A stretch of 62,636 nt of DNA, filler included, from Candidatus Woesearchaeota archaeon (GCA_003695265.1; 6 parts of 6 records of this genome joined end to end with filler, not necessarily neighbours in it), one strand, 5' to 3'. Positions 1-10,200 are shown, counted from the whole stretch's first letter. The notes: generated by a model not told the origin, from the letters alone. Program-made: numbers and translations.

Positions 1-84
1 GCTTTAAACACTTTATTACGCTTTAAAACACTTGAATTCAAAAGGCAAAAGGTTTTTATACGTTTACAGCTTATTGCATTGGTT

Positions 85-768
85 ATGCCAAGAGAAAGCC
101 TTTTTTTCGCAATAACTATATTATTACTGATTACTCCTTGTGTTTTTTCTGCAACAATTCACGGCAGCATATATGATATGAACCTTGAGGCTGCAAAAAA
201 TTCTGTGATAAGAGTTAATTCCGTGCCTGAGCAGGTTTTTGTTGCAAAAAACGGTTCTTATTCATTTACTCTACCTAAAGGGGATTATATTATCAAGGCT
301 GATTACAATTCTGACAACATTGATTTCTCGGCAGAAGAAAACATAACAATCAAGGAGGAAGGTGATTACGTACTGGATATAATTTTGTTTCCGGACATAA
401 GCACTGAGGAAAGCCTACTCGATGAAGATATAAGCTTTTCTGATGTTGATATAGAAGAAAAAGACAGCAGAAAGTTGTGGTTGTATTTTATAGTTGTAAC
501 TTTTTTAACTGTTTCTGCTTATATTATTTTAAAGAAAAAAAGCAAGATGAGGAAAAAGAGGATAATTGTGAGGGAGGAAGACCAGGCAAAAGAGGTTCTT
601 GATTTCATAAAAAGAAATGACGGGAGGGTAACACAAAAAGAGATTAGAAAGCAGTTCCCTTTCTCAGAAGCAAAGGTAAGCCTGATCCTTACTGAATTAG
701 AAGAAAAAGGTTTAATAAAAAAGATTAAGAGAGGAAAAGGTAATATAATCATATTGGATGAGAAATAG
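85..768 (+). CDS. Membrane-anchored protein with extracellular beta domain, one TM helix and C-terminal winged HTH (COG2512-like)
   Basis: Signal peptide, beta-rich domain, TM LWLYFIVVTFLTVSAYIIL, then wHTH (GRVTQKEIRKQFPFSEAKVSLILTELEEKGLIKKIKRGKGN). Confidence 0.75.
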   Translation: MPRESLFFAITILLLITPCVFSATIHGSIYDMNLEAAKNSVIRVNSVPEQVFVAKNGSYSFTLPKGDYIIKADYNSDNIDFSAEENITIKEEGDYVLDIILFPDISTEESLLDEDISFSDVDIEEKDSRKLWLYFIVVTFLTVSAYIILKKKSKMRKKRIIVREEDQAKEVLDFIKRNDGRVTQKEIRKQFPFSEAKVSLILTELEEKGLIKKIKRGKGNIIILDEK

Positions 769-790
769 TTTTTTGCGAGGCTGATTAAGA

Positions 791-991
791 ATGGGCTTAA
801 TAAAATGGGCTGAGAAAGGCTTCAGGAAATTCAGTCTTTTTGACATTGCAGTATGGAAAATAGACGTTGCTTTGGGAGGCATAATAATAGGTGCTTTCAT
901 CTCTGAGTTTGTAAAGAAATACATGTGGTATTTTGTTGCTGTCTTTGCCATGTTGTACGTTTACTTGTTGAGTAAGATGTTTAAGAAGTGA
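791..991 (+). CDS. Small two-TM membrane protein
   Basis: 66-aa ORF, two hydrophobic segments, co-oriented with the upstream gene. Confidence 0.6.
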   Translation: MGLIKWAEKGFRKFSLFDIAVWKIDVALGGIIIGAFISEFVKKYMWYFVAVFAMLYVYLLSKMFKK

Positions 992-1234
992 TTATTTGAG
1001 AAGATTAAAGCGATCCACTAAGTCAATCTCATAAAGCCTAGGACAGTCATAATCCTTGCAGGCTTGCGGCTGGCTGCCATACACCAAACATTCTCCTTCT
1101 GGGCTGAGATTGGGGCATGCGATTACTGTATTACCTTCTGCTGTGATTAGTTCTATGCTTTCTCCGGTCTCAGGATTTGAGCCACAGCACATGCTGGTTT
1201 TCTCATCTATATTGCAAGTAATGCAAAGTCTCAT
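992..1234 (-). CDS. YkgJ-like cysteine-cluster (Zn/Fe-S) protein
   Basis: CxxC..CC..CPNL..GECLVY..QPQACKDYDC pattern. Confidence 0.65.
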   Translation of the reverse strand: MRLCITCNIDEKTSMCCGSNPETGESIELITAEGNTVIACPNLSPEGECLVYGSQPQACKDYDCPRLYEIDLVDRFNLLK

Positions 1235-1274
1235 AAAGCCAACCCCTAAAAAGTTGTATAATAAACTTTGCTTG

Positions 1275-2174
1275 TTATCTAAGATAATTCATAAAATGAC
1301 AAAAGATATGAGGCTTGACAAACTGGTACTCTGGGTCTGAGTTGAATTTATCATCAATAGTTGTTTCTCTGTTTAAGCTGTGGTCAGCCCCTTCAACAAT
1401 TAATACATCTTTTTTTCGGCTTGCGGTCTTTGTTATCATATTCCTTAACCCCATTGGCAAGATGCTGTGCCTTATTTTCAGGTAATGGTCTTCTCCACCA
1501 TAAATAAAAAGCACTGGCTGGTGTATTCTTTCAACAAATTTCATCATGTCAGGAGCGTTTTCTATCCAGCCTATTAATTCAGACAAATTTGGTATTTTTA
1601 ACGCACCGAACTGGGCGTAAGGTCTGTAACCTGAAGGTGTTTTGAATTGGTGATGTGTTAAATTCCTGTAATTTTCATAAACAGCTGTAGCAAATATGTC
1701 ATATGCTATTGTTGCAGCACGCAAAAAACGTTGTGGAACTTTTCTCAAAAGATTGAGCTGCCATTTTCTTACATAATCCTGGAGCGCGACTGGCAATCCT
1801 GCAAGGCATATTGCATCAAATTCTGTGTCATCATAAGACGCAACAATCCCAACAGCCATTCCACCAATTGAGTTGCCGAAGCCACCAAGCTTTCTTAATC
1901 CATGCCTCTTTTTTAGATGGGAGTGGATATTATAAACACTTTCAGCCATCTGCAGCAAATCCCAGTTTCCTGTTGATTCGCCTTGCGAATTTAGGTCAAA
2001 GTTCCAAACATTAAAATGATTTGACAAAAGTTCAGCAAGATCGTCCAGAGAGCTTCTGTGCTCTGTAAAACCAGGAAACATGAGTATGCCTTCCTTAGAA
2101 TAAGTATTTTCCCTAAAGGTTCCAACTATTTCAACTCCTGGTGGAGCTTTGATAACAATTCTCTCGCCTTCCAT
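1275..2174 (-). CDS. Alpha/beta hydrolase
   Basis: Nucleophile elbow GNSIGG, PGFTE oxyanion region, GGEDH acid, GADH catalytic His; ATG about 26 nt from a TATA box. Confidence 0.8.
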   Translation of the reverse strand: MEGERIVIKAPPGVEIVGTFRENTYSKEGILMFPGFTEHRSSLDDLAELLSNHFNVWNFDLNSQGESTGNWDLLQMAESVYNIHSHLKKRHGLRKLGGFGNSIGGMAVGIVASYDDTEFDAICLAGLPVALQDYVRKWQLNLLRKVPQRFLRAATIAYDIFATAVYENYRNLTHHQFKTPSGYRPYAQFGALKIPNLSELIGWIENAPDMMKFVERIHQPVLFIYGGEDHYLKIRHSILPMGLRNMITKTASRKKDVLIVEGADHSLNRETTIDDKFNSDPEYQFVKPHIFCHFMNYLR

Positions 2175-2277
2175 ACAGAAAAAGAAGTCTAAATTCATTT
2201 TTAAAGTTTTCGGTTTTGTTATTACTATATAGTAGTATTAATTAGGATTTATTAATAAAACATAAAAAAATAATTTT

Positions 2278-2802
2278 TTAATTTCTTTCTCTTGCCGCAT
2301 AAAAGTGGATTTTAGAGATTAGGAAAGCCATGACAAATATTATTGGCAAAGTTATTAGGATTCTGAGCAGAAAGAATTTTAAGCCAAGGAACTGTAATTC
2401 AAAAACCTCATCATTTATTTTAAAGCAAGCCCATGTGCTCAAGAAAACAACAGCGTTAAACTTGCTGATGCCCCTCTTAAGGAGGATTCCTGCAATTGGA
2501 AACGCAATGTAAAGAGGTCCTGGAATTACTGCTCCGAGCAAAAAGCTGTAAAGGCTTCCTTTTGCGCCTGAATGCTTTCCTAAATGGTGAATGATAAAGC
2601 TCTCAGGCAGCCACACCTCAATCAAACCCATTAATATAAAAAATCCTGGAAGATAATAAGCCATTGTCAAGGCAAGGCTGTAATCAGATTCGGTTATGAA
2701 CTTGTAAAAGTAATCCGGAAAGATTACAAATATGAGTATAGAAACAATTATGATTATCATCAAGGTTATTTTGTGAGATAAATTATTTATTCTGTGTATC
2801 AA
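2278..2802 (-). CDS. Predicted permease, half of a split ArsP/DUF318-type pair
   Basis: Multi-TM; GAVIPGPLYIAFPIAGILLKRG motif; overlaps partner stop. Confidence 0.7.
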   Translation of the reverse strand: MIHRINNLSHKITLMIIIIVSILIFVIFPDYFYKFITESDYSLALTMAYYLPGFFILMGLIEVWLPESFIIHHLGKHSGAKGSLYSFLLGAVIPGPLYIAFPIAGILLKRGISKFNAVVFLSTWACFKINDEVFELQFLGLKFFLLRILITLPIIFVMAFLISKIHFYAARERN

Positions 2803-3284
2803 TACAACACACCTATTATAACACCTATGATTACCGCAAATATTAAGCTTATAAGGTTTCTTATTACTGCAAACTTAAAGCCCAGCTCTTTGATTTCTAT
2901 TGGAATACTGAAAGTATGTACCATCACCAGGCTCGTGACAAGGGCTGCTATAAAGCCAGGATAAACGCCGCCCTGCAAGAGCTGACCTGCTACTGAGAAA
3001 GCAATGAAGTGAGGTATTTGCACTATTGAGCCGAGAAAAACAGACAGCAAGTAGCCCTGCCATCCTGAGAAACTTGTTATTGAGGAAGCGATGAGTTCAA
3101 AAGACAAAATTCTTTCTAAAATGAGTATAACAAAAAGTATTACTAATAAAAGAGGGAATATTCTTTTGAAAGACTTTGCGCTTAGCTTCACAGCCTCAAC
3201 TGCTTTTTTCCTGTTAATAAAGAAATACGCCGAAAAAATGATAAAAATTGTAAGGTTAAATATTGTTGGTGGGCTCATAAACAT
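2799..3284 (-). CDS. Predicted permease, other half of the split pair
   Basis: Multi-TM; LGSIVQIPHFIAF..EIKELGFKFAVIRN motif. Confidence 0.7.
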   Translation of the reverse strand: MFMSPPTIFNLTIFIIFSAYFFINRKKAVEAVKLSAKSFKRIFPLLLVILFVILILERILSFELIASSITSFSGWQGYLLSVFLGSIVQIPHFIAFSVAGQLLQGGVYPGFIAALVTSLVMVHTFSIPIEIKELGFKFAVIRNLISLIFAVIIGVIIGVLY

Positions 3285-3334
3285 ATTTTTGTGGAATATG
3301 GTATAAATATGTTTTGAAAAAAAGAACCAAATTC

Positions 3335-3889
3335 TTATTTTTCCTTTTTTATTAATAAGAAAACAGAAACAAACAAACCCATCAAAGAGAGCAAGAACAT
3401 TATTATGAATAAAAGCTTAAAGCCATATAAATCCGCCAGAAAACCACCCAACGCTGCGGCAACCGCTGTCACGACCCATTGCAACGACTCCCACAAACCC
3501 CATTCAGAAGCAAATTTCCCCTTGTCCAAATGCTTTGAGTAAAGCCCGTCAAAAGCCGGCGTGCCAACTGCCTCACCAATCCCAAATATTATCTGCACTA
3601 TAAACAAATGAACCGGCTCTCTTATCAGCAAATATCCTAAAAACCCAGAGCAGCTTAGAACGTATCCTGCAACAACCAATTTTTCCTGGTGCTTCACATG
3701 GTCTTCCCATCTGCTAATAACAAATATTAAAATTGCTGCTGCCAACGCAAATAATGCATAAGCAGTCCCTGCTGTTAAAAGATCACCGCCGATTTCCTCA
3801 ACAAAAACAGCGTATATTGGGCCAAATAATCCGCCGGCAAGCATGAACAGCGCGGATGAAAATAAGAGTATTTTTAGTTCTCTCTGCAT
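3335..3889 (-). CDS. Half-size (6-TM) MFS-type transporter
   Basis: About six TM helices; GLFGPIYAVF..GG and QIIFGIGEA..PAFD MFS-like segments. Confidence 0.7.
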   Translation of the reverse strand: MQRELKILLFSSALFMLAGGLFGPIYAVFVEEIGGDLLTAGTAYALFALAAAILIFVISRWEDHVKHQEKLVVAGYVLSCSGFLGYLLIREPVHLFIVQIIFGIGEAVGTPAFDGLYSKHLDKGKFASEWGLWESLQWVVTAVAAALGGFLADLYGFKLLFIIMFLLSLMGLFVSVFLLIKKEK

Positions 3890-3963
3890 AAAAAAATAAA
3901 TTGTAGGATGATGTTTTTATTTTTTTCTAAATATTTATATATTATTTCATTCTAAAAAAAAAT

Positions 3964-4899
3964 ATGAGAGGGACTATAACTGCATTTCTTGCAATCGCTT
4001 TTTTCAGCCTTTATTTTGTTTTTGCCAAGCTGCTTCTGGCAAACATCAGCCCTTTTATAATTATGGTTTTAAACCAGGCAACAGCAGGAATAATAATTAT
4101 TCTCATCCTTGACTTGTTCAAAAAAATATCGGAGATAAAAAACACTTCGAAATATGACTTCAAATCTATTTTTGTAATCTCAATTTTTACTGCTGTTGTT
4201 GGCCCAACACTTTTTCTTTTTGGCTTAGACTACTCTTCTGCTACTAATGCGATATTAATTGGAAAATCAGAAGCGCTTATCACTTCTCTGCTTGCAATAA
4301 TAATGCTTAAAGAGAGGATTACAAAACAGCAAATAATAGGTGGGGTAATAATGTTTCTTGGAGTGATAATTATAGCAACAAAAAATTTCTCATCAGGCCT
4401 AAGGCTAGAACTCGGAGATACCTTAATATTTTTTGCTGCTGTTAGTTATGCAACAGGAACAGTGTTGTTCAAGAAATATGTTGACCACCTCCCACCAGAA
4501 GTTATTGTGACCCTAAGAAATTTGTATGGTGCCATAATACTATTTGTGATTTCCTTAATGTTTGTGGATTATTCAACTGTTCTCCAAATCATTAGTCTCA
4601 AATTTGTGTTAGTCTTTCTAGGAATGGTCATATTCGTCACAATATTTGGCCAATATTTATGGTACAGGGCATTAGAAGCAACCAGCGCAACGAAAGTATC
4701 TTTGGCGGGGCTGAGCAGCCCACTAATTGCAATAGTATATGCTATTATCTTCCTTGATGAAAGACTGGTTTCATCACAAATGTTGGGAGGCGCACTTATA
4801 ATGGCTGGGCTGATAATTCTTGAGTTACATTTCAGGAAGACATACACCCACAAAAGACATAAGTTCCACCTAAAGTTAAAGCACTGGCATCACATATAA
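3964..4899 (+). CDS. DMT/EamA family transporter
   Basis: About 10 TM, duplicated EamA halves (LKERIT / LDERLV); His-rich tail. Confidence 0.85.
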   Translation: MRGTITAFLAIAFFSLYFVFAKLLLANISPFIIMVLNQATAGIIIILILDLFKKISEIKNTSKYDFKSIFVISIFTAVVGPTLFLFGLDYSSATNAILIGKSEALITSLLAIIMLKERITKQQIIGGVIMFLGVIIIATKNFSSGLRLELGDTLIFFAAVSYATGTVLFKKYVDHLPPEVIVTLRNLYGAIILFVISLMFVDYSTVLQIISLKFVLVFLGMVIFVTIFGQYLWYRALEATSATKVSLAGLSSPLIAIVYAIIFLDERLVSSQMLGGALIMAGLIILELHFRKTYTHKRHKFHLKLKHWHHI

Positions 4900-5087
4900 G
4901 CGACCATCACAAATTTTTTAATTTTTATCTTACTTTAGAATGGTTCAAGTTTTCTCAGAGAATCAATTTCTACAAATTCACTTTGGCTTTTGGAATTATT
5001 TGTTTTATCGGCGCAATAGTTGAGTTTGTAGTACGACCTTTAAGTGTAGTACCACACAAAATAATTATTGTTTAAATAAAAAAATAA

Positions 5088-5498
5088 TCAAATGAACAGT
5101 TTAACAATCCTAAGTTTTATCTTGCTGAAAAAAGTCTTTGGGACAATTTGGATTTCTCCAGAAGAATATAATTCTGGGAGTGTGTTCAAAGCCTTTTCTG
5201 TCATGTGCTTCTCATGTATTTTTATTATGTAATCAGGCTTTTCAACGCCGCCGGCCTTAAACTCCTGAACAGCACTATTTTTTATAACAAAGCCGAAAAC
5301 TGAAATACTGCCATTTTCTCGCGTGACTTCAAGATTCACTTTTGGGCTGCCGAGAAGGAACCTGAATATTCCTGGAGCCTGGCTCAAATCAATCTTATTA
5401 AGGTTGCCCTTTATTGTGTCCTCAAGGTCGTCAGCTATAGCAAGCCCTGTAAACAGCAATGCAAGGACAAGGCAGATTAATAATGATTGCTTTTTCAT
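5088..5498 (-). CDS. Secreted hypothetical protein
   Basis: Signal peptide ending AIA; SCP2-like pattern is only tentative. Confidence 0.6.
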   Translation of the reverse strand: MKKQSLLICLVLALLFTGLAIADDLEDTIKGNLNKIDLSQAPGIFRFLLGSPKVNLEVTRENGSISVFGFVIKNSAVQEFKAGGVEKPDYIIKIHEKHMTEKALNTLPELYSSGEIQIVPKTFFSKIKLRIVKLFI

Positions 5499-5567
5499 AA
5501 AAACACCACTGTGTTGAAGTGGTTAAACAACAAATTATTTAAATATTTTGAGAATGCATTAAAAATA

Positions 5568-6023
5568 ATGAAGCTAAACAAATTCTTAGTAAAGGCAAAG
5601 GCCAACACTTATGCAAGTAGCGGAGAAGGAGGGGAGAAGATTATTGAAGATGGCAGCAAAGAATTAAGTTATGAAGAAGGAGAGTTTAAGTATAGGGACA
5701 GGTACTTTGGCTTTAATCCTTTTGTGGGGGAGGAGATTGTCTGGAAGAAAGGAAAAGTTTTGTGGGCTATGAATTATTATGGAAAAGTCATTTCAAGAGA
5801 GGTTCCTGCAAAAAGAATTTATGAGTTCCTAAAAGAAGCTTTAAGCAGGGTGAATGAAGAAATTCCATTTAGAGGGCCAAAAGAGTTTGAGAAAGATGAG
5901 CTAAGATACGAGAATTATCCCAGCGGAACAATTGAAGAATTCACTGGATTTGAGAAAATATTTCACAAAGGAAAAGAGGTTTACAGATTATATTATCACG
6001 GCGGCCTAGCAAAAACAAAATAA
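5568..6023 (+). CDS. DUF5680-like protein
   Basis: FLVKAKANTYAS, YRDRYFG, WAMNYYG, PFRGP, YHGG motifs. Confidence 0.75.
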   Translation: MKLNKFLVKAKANTYASSGEGGEKIIEDGSKELSYEEGEFKYRDRYFGFNPFVGEEIVWKKGKVLWAMNYYGKVISREVPAKRIYEFLKEALSRVNEEIPFRGPKEFEKDELRYENYPSGTIEEFTGFEKIFHKGKEVYRLYYHGGLAKTK

Positions 6024-6028
6024 AAAAA

Positions 6029-6466
6029 TTAAGCACTTTCTGTAATCCCAACAAGCTTGACTTTGAAGTTTAATTCTTTTCCCGCAAGTGGATGATTCAA
6101 ATCAATTGTTACGTCCTTGTCGCCGACTTCCTTAATCTGCGCAGGAACCTGCACGCCGTTGGGCAAAGTCATAATAAGCATCATGCCAGCCTTGACTTCC
6201 TTGCCTTGTGGCATTGCTTCTTTCGGGACTTTTTTAATAAGATCTGGATTGGGGTCTCCATAAGCGTCTGCCGGCTTAAGCTTGAACTCTTTTTCCTCAC
6301 CTTTTTTCATCCCAATAATAGCTTCCTCAAACCCCTTAATCACTTTTTTTGAACCGACCTCAAACTCTAACGGCGCTCCATGCTTCTCAGAACTATCAAA
6401 AATAGTGCCGTCATTAAGCTTTCCCTCATACTCAACTTTTACCTTGTCTCCATTTTTCACAGCCAT
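6029..6466 (-). CDS. slyD: FKBP-type peptidyl-prolyl isomerase, SlyD type
   Basis: GDKVKVEYEG..IFDSS..AYG..DLNHPLAGKEL. Confidence 0.9.
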   Translation of the reverse strand: MAVKNGDKVKVEYEGKLNDGTIFDSSEKHGAPLEFEVGSKKVIKGFEEAIIGMKKGEEKEFKLKPADAYGDPNPDLIKKVPKEAMPQGKEVKAGMMLIMTLPNGVQVPAQIKEVGDKDVTIDLNHPLAGKELNFKVKLVGITESA

Positions 6467-6622
6467 GATACCAACTCTCCATCGTAAAAAAATATAGAAT
6501 TCATTTACGATTCGTGAAAAGTAGGGATTAAATATATTTAAGTTTTTTGGAAAAAAAGGTGAAAATTTCATCAAATCAATTGTATGGAAATATATATAAA
6601 GAGGCTCATTTCACAGAAATTT

Positions 6623-7357
6623 ATGGAAATAATATATTGGATATTGGTTATTAGCGTCGCAGGACCAATAATTGGCTCTATTATAGGAGTAATTAAGAAG
6701 CCAAAAGATGTGTTCATGTTTAATATGCTCTCTTTTGCAGCAGGTGTAATGATATCAATCTCGTTTTTAGAGCTGATACCCCAAAGTATAAGCATATTCT
6801 CTGCTTTGGGATGTAGCATAGGGATAGTAATAGGAATGTTAATAATGTATGCGCTTGATAAAATACTTCCACACATTCACCCCGAATTATATAAGAACGG
6901 AGAAAAATGTGACTTAAGAATAACTGCAACTTACCTCATAGTAGGTATATTTTTGCATAATTTTCCCGAAGGGATGGCCGTAGCGACAGGAACAGTGACT
7001 GGTTTTGAGTCAATGCTTGCAATATCCATAGCAATTGCAGTGCAGAACGTCCCAGAAGGGATATGCACATCAGCACCTTATTATTACTGCACAAAGAAAA
7101 GGCTGAAATCATTCTTGTTATCAGCATCAACTTCTGTGCCAATAGTAATAGGTTTTTATTTCGCCCGTTTCCTATTTCAGAATATCACACCACAGGTAAT
7201 AGGAATAATTATAGGAGCGATAGCAGGAATGATGATTTACATCTCTGTTCATGAATTAATACCTGTATCCTGTGGAAGAAACAACGGAATCAACCAGAGC
7301 ACAACATTCTCATTAATTTTTGGTATTTTGTTTGTGATGTTTCTTATATTCGCATAA
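6623..7357 (+). CDS. ZIP family metal transporter (ZupT/GufA-like)
   Basis: FAAGVM, HNFPEGMA, QNVPEG, ELIP motifs. Confidence 0.88.
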   Translation: MEIIYWILVISVAGPIIGSIIGVIKKPKDVFMFNMLSFAAGVMISISFLELIPQSISIFSALGCSIGIVIGMLIMYALDKILPHIHPELYKNGEKCDLRITATYLIVGIFLHNFPEGMAVATGTVTGFESMLAISIAIAVQNVPEGICTSAPYYYCTKKRLKSFLLSASTSVPIVIGFYFARFLFQNITPQVIGIIIGAIAGMMIYISVHELIPVSCGRNNGINQSTTFSLIFGILFVMFLIFA

Positions 7358-7478
7358 AATTAAAAAAAATTAACTAGCAGACAGTACTCATCCAATTTTA
7401 TAAACATCACAATTATTTTATTTAGACCCCAGCTAATGACAAACAAAGTATATAAATCAGAACAAGATTCTCATTTGC

Positions 7479-8003
7479 ATGATAGAGCTAGAAAGAACAT
7501 ATTTAGCAAAAGAGATCCCTAAAGACTTGAAGAAATACAAGTCAAAGGAAATAATTGACATTTACATTCCTAAAGATTCTGATCATGCGCCAATAAGGAT
7601 AAGGAAAAACGGCGATAAGTATGAAATAACTAAGAAAAGGCCTGTTGAAGGCGATGCCTCAAGGCTTCACGAGCAAAACATAATACTTGATGAAAGCGAG
7701 TTCAAGGAATTCTTAAAGTTGGAAGGCAAAAAAGTGCATAAGATAAGATACTTGTATGATTACAAAGGCTTAACCGCGGAATTTGACGTTTTTCAGGGCA
7801 GATTGAAGGGTTTAGTCTTAGTTGACTTTGAGTTTGAGAGCGAAGAGCAGAAAAACAGTTTTAAAATGCCTGATTTCTGCTTAGCGGATGTTACAGGAGA
7901 AGAGCTAATAGCTGGGGGCGTTATTTGCAGCAAGACATATGAGGACTTGGAGCCTTTCCTTAAGAAATACAATTACAAAAAATTGTTTATTGATGAAAAT
8001 TGA
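7479..8003 (+). CDS. CYTH domain protein
   Basis: N-terminal ExExx, RIRK, KIRY, EFD, DFEF. Confidence 0.8.
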   Translation: MIELERTYLAKEIPKDLKKYKSKEIIDIYIPKDSDHAPIRIRKNGDKYEITKKRPVEGDASRLHEQNIILDESEFKEFLKLEGKKVHKIRYLYDYKGLTAEFDVFQGRLKGLVLVDFEFESEEQKNSFKMPDFCLADVTGEELIAGGVICSKTYEDLEPFLKKYNYKKLFIDEN

Positions 8004-8202
8004 AGTTAAGTTGGGAAAATACATGAATTTCAAAGGACATACTTATGAAGTGGTTGGCGTTGCAAAGCATTCAGAAACCTTAGAAGAATTAGTAATATAT
8101 AGAGATATGCATGGACAGTTATGGGCCAGGCCTAAACCAATGTTTTTGGAAATTGTGGAAAAGGACGGCAAGAGAATTCCAAGGTTTGAGTTTATAGGAT
8201 AA
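7993..8202 (+). CDS. DUF1653 family protein
   Basis: Y..FKGHTYEVVGVAKHSETLEELVIY..WARP..MF..RF. Confidence 0.8.
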   Translation: MKIEVKLGKYMNFKGHTYEVVGVAKHSETLEELVIYRDMHGQLWARPKPMFLEIVEKDGKRIPRFEFIG

Positions 8203-8234
8203 TTATTTTTTCTATTAAAAATTATTCCCAAAAA

Positions 8235-9173
8235 TTATTCCCCTCTTAGAAACTGGTAAGTTACCATACTCTTTAGAAATTGGCGGGCAGGAGTATGATT
8301 GTGATATGTCCTGAAATTGCCAGAAACAATTGCTTGGCGCAATTCATTCCTTAATTCTTCTCCGACAGGCTCTTTGTCAAGAGAGAAGATGTTTCCAGAG
8401 CGCCCTATTTCCCTTCTTGTTCTGCTGTCAATTCCATGCGCATCAGAATTCGCCAAAGGCTTGCCGGGATATTCCTGCTGCACTAATTCATCGCTTATGA
8501 CCATCCAAGCAGCGTTATCAGAGACAAGGTCAACGCTCTCAACCTCTGGAAAAAGCTTCTCCCTAATAGCAACCCTTTCTTCTGGTTTTGCAAGCCTGAA
8601 CCTAAAAAAGCCAAACGGGCCATAAGGGTCATGAATGGTGAAAGGGTGAGCGCCTATGATTATTGCGTTGTGTTTTCTTGCCACGTCTAAGTATTCGTCA
8701 AGAGGCATTCCACTTTTCGCATGATCTGAGAATCCTTCATCGGGCATCAGTGCAAGAACGTCTAAGCCGCCGCTAACTCCATCCAATCTAACAGAAGTCT
8801 CGTAAGCTCCGACAAGAGTTATTTTTTTCCCTATTGCATCAACGCTAAGCGAAAGACCATAATCATGGCGATTCAGCAAGCAAAGGTATCCTGTGCTGTT
8901 TTGGAAAAGCCGCTTAACCCCAGAAAGATCATGTTGTTTTTTGCTAGTTGCGTGGCAGGTTACTGCAAGTATCCCAACATTGTTTGTTTTAGCAGCGTTT
9001 AATGTGTCAATAAGGTCATTCTCAGAATAGATGTAAGGATGAGCGTGTAGGTCAGCAATAATCTCTCCTGGCTTGAGCTCTGGCTGGCCTGACCTAACAG
9101 TATCCAAAATTGAGCCTAATGCTGTCTCTAAGCTATAACTTGTAATACCTCTCAAAAAATCTCTGAACCGCAT
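8235..9173 (-). CDS. PHP-family metal-dependent phosphoesterase
   Basis: DLHAH, AHP and NSDAH motifs. Confidence 0.75.
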   Translation of the reverse strand: MRFRDFLRGITSYSLETALGSILDTVRSGQPELKPGEIIADLHAHPYIYSENDLIDTLNAAKTNNVGILAVTCHATSKKQHDLSGVKRLFQNSTGYLCLLNRHDYGLSLSVDAIGKKITLVGAYETSVRLDGVSGGLDVLALMPDEGFSDHAKSGMPLDEYLDVARKHNAIIIGAHPFTIHDPYGPFGFFRFRLAKPEERVAIREKLFPEVESVDLVSDNAAWMVISDELVQQEYPGKPLANSDAHGIDSRTRREIGRSGNIFSLDKEPVGEELRNELRQAIVSGNFRTYHNHTPARQFLKSMVTYQFLRGE

Positions 9174-9355
9174 AAAAAACGAGAAACCTTAATAATTTAT
9201 AAAACTTGCGCTTTGTTGCTACTAAATGATAATAATCATAACCAAGATCTAATGCTTAAAACAGTGTAACTTAATGCGCAACAGCTAACTATTTCTGCAA
9301 TTTACCAAAAAATTTATAATGAAGTTAATCATGTGTTTTTTGCAGGGGTGCAAAA

Positions 9356-9508
9356 ATGGCTGTAGGTGTTACTGAAATCATAATTGTCCTTATAATAATC
9401 TTAATACTGTTCGGACCTAAAAAACTTCCACAGCTGGCAAGGTCGATAGGGGAGTCAATAAGGGAGTACAGGAAAGGGCTCTCAGGACAAAAGAAGCCAA
9501 AAGGCTGA
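9356..9508 (+). CDS. tatA: Twin-arginine translocase subunit TatA (50 aa, absent from ORF track)
   Basis: MAVGVTEIIIVLIIILILFGPKKLPQLARSIGESIREYRKG; RBS GGGGTG; directly upstream of tatC. Confidence 0.93.
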   Translation: MAVGVTEIIIVLIIILILFGPKKLPQLARSIGESIREYRKGLSGQKKPKG

Positions 9509-9513
9509 TTCTG

Positions 9514-10200
9514 GTGCAAAAGAGGGTCATCAAGCATTTGGAAGAGCTCAGGAGCAGGATAGTATTTGTGGTTACTTTCTTAATTCTGTTTTTCATACTT
9601 GGAACTTTGTTATCCCCAGTAATAATTAAGAGAATAATAAAGGATATGTCAATAAATGGTGTTCAATTAGTATCCTTGTCCCCATTAGAATTTATTTACA
9701 CTCAAATAAAAATTGGTCTCATAATAGGCTTTGCACTAACTTTCCCTTTATTAGTGTATCATGCAGCAAGGTTTATTAAGCCAGGCCTGAGGAAGAAAGA
9801 AACAGCGCTTTTAAGAACAATTCTGCCAGCCACAATCCTGTTGTTTGTTTTGGGCTTGGTGTTCTCCTATTTCATATTCTTAAAGATAAGCGTTGGTTTT
9901 CTGGCCAATCTTTCAAACATTGCAGGTATAAGCAATACGTGGAGCGTTGAAAGGTTTATTGGCTTTATTGTTGGAGTGTGTTTTTTTATCGGCCTGATAT
10001 TTGAGTTTCCTCTTGTCATGTGGGTTTTAGGCAGGTTAGGGCTGATAAGGGCTTCAGCATTGAAAAAGAAAAGAGCACACACATACGTTGGTGTGTTTAT
10101 TCTGGCAGCAATATTAACACCTCCAGACGCTGTTACCCAAATACTTATGGCTGTCCCTTTAATAATACTGTTTGAGATCAGCCTTTTGTTTGTAAAATAA
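9514..10200 (+). CDS. tatC: Twin-arginine translocase subunit TatC
   Basis: HLEELRSR, FIKPGL, FEFP, AAILTPPD motifs; about 6 TM. Confidence 0.95.
   Translation: MQKRVIKHLEELRSRIVFVVTFLILFFILGTLLSPVIIKRIIKDMSINGVQLVSLSPLEFIYTQIKIGLIIGFALTFPLLVYHAARFIKPGLRKKETALLRTILPATILLFVLGLVFSYFIFLKISVGFLANLSNIAGISNTWSVERFIGFIVGVCFFIGLIFEFPLVMWVLGRLGLIRASALKKKRAHTYVGVFILAAILTPPDAVTQILMAVPLIILFEISLLFVK

Noticed and set aside
4920..5075. Hydrophobic frame FYKFTLAFGIICFIGAIVEFVVRP
   Set aside because: No convincing start codon; may be a remnant but cannot be supported.
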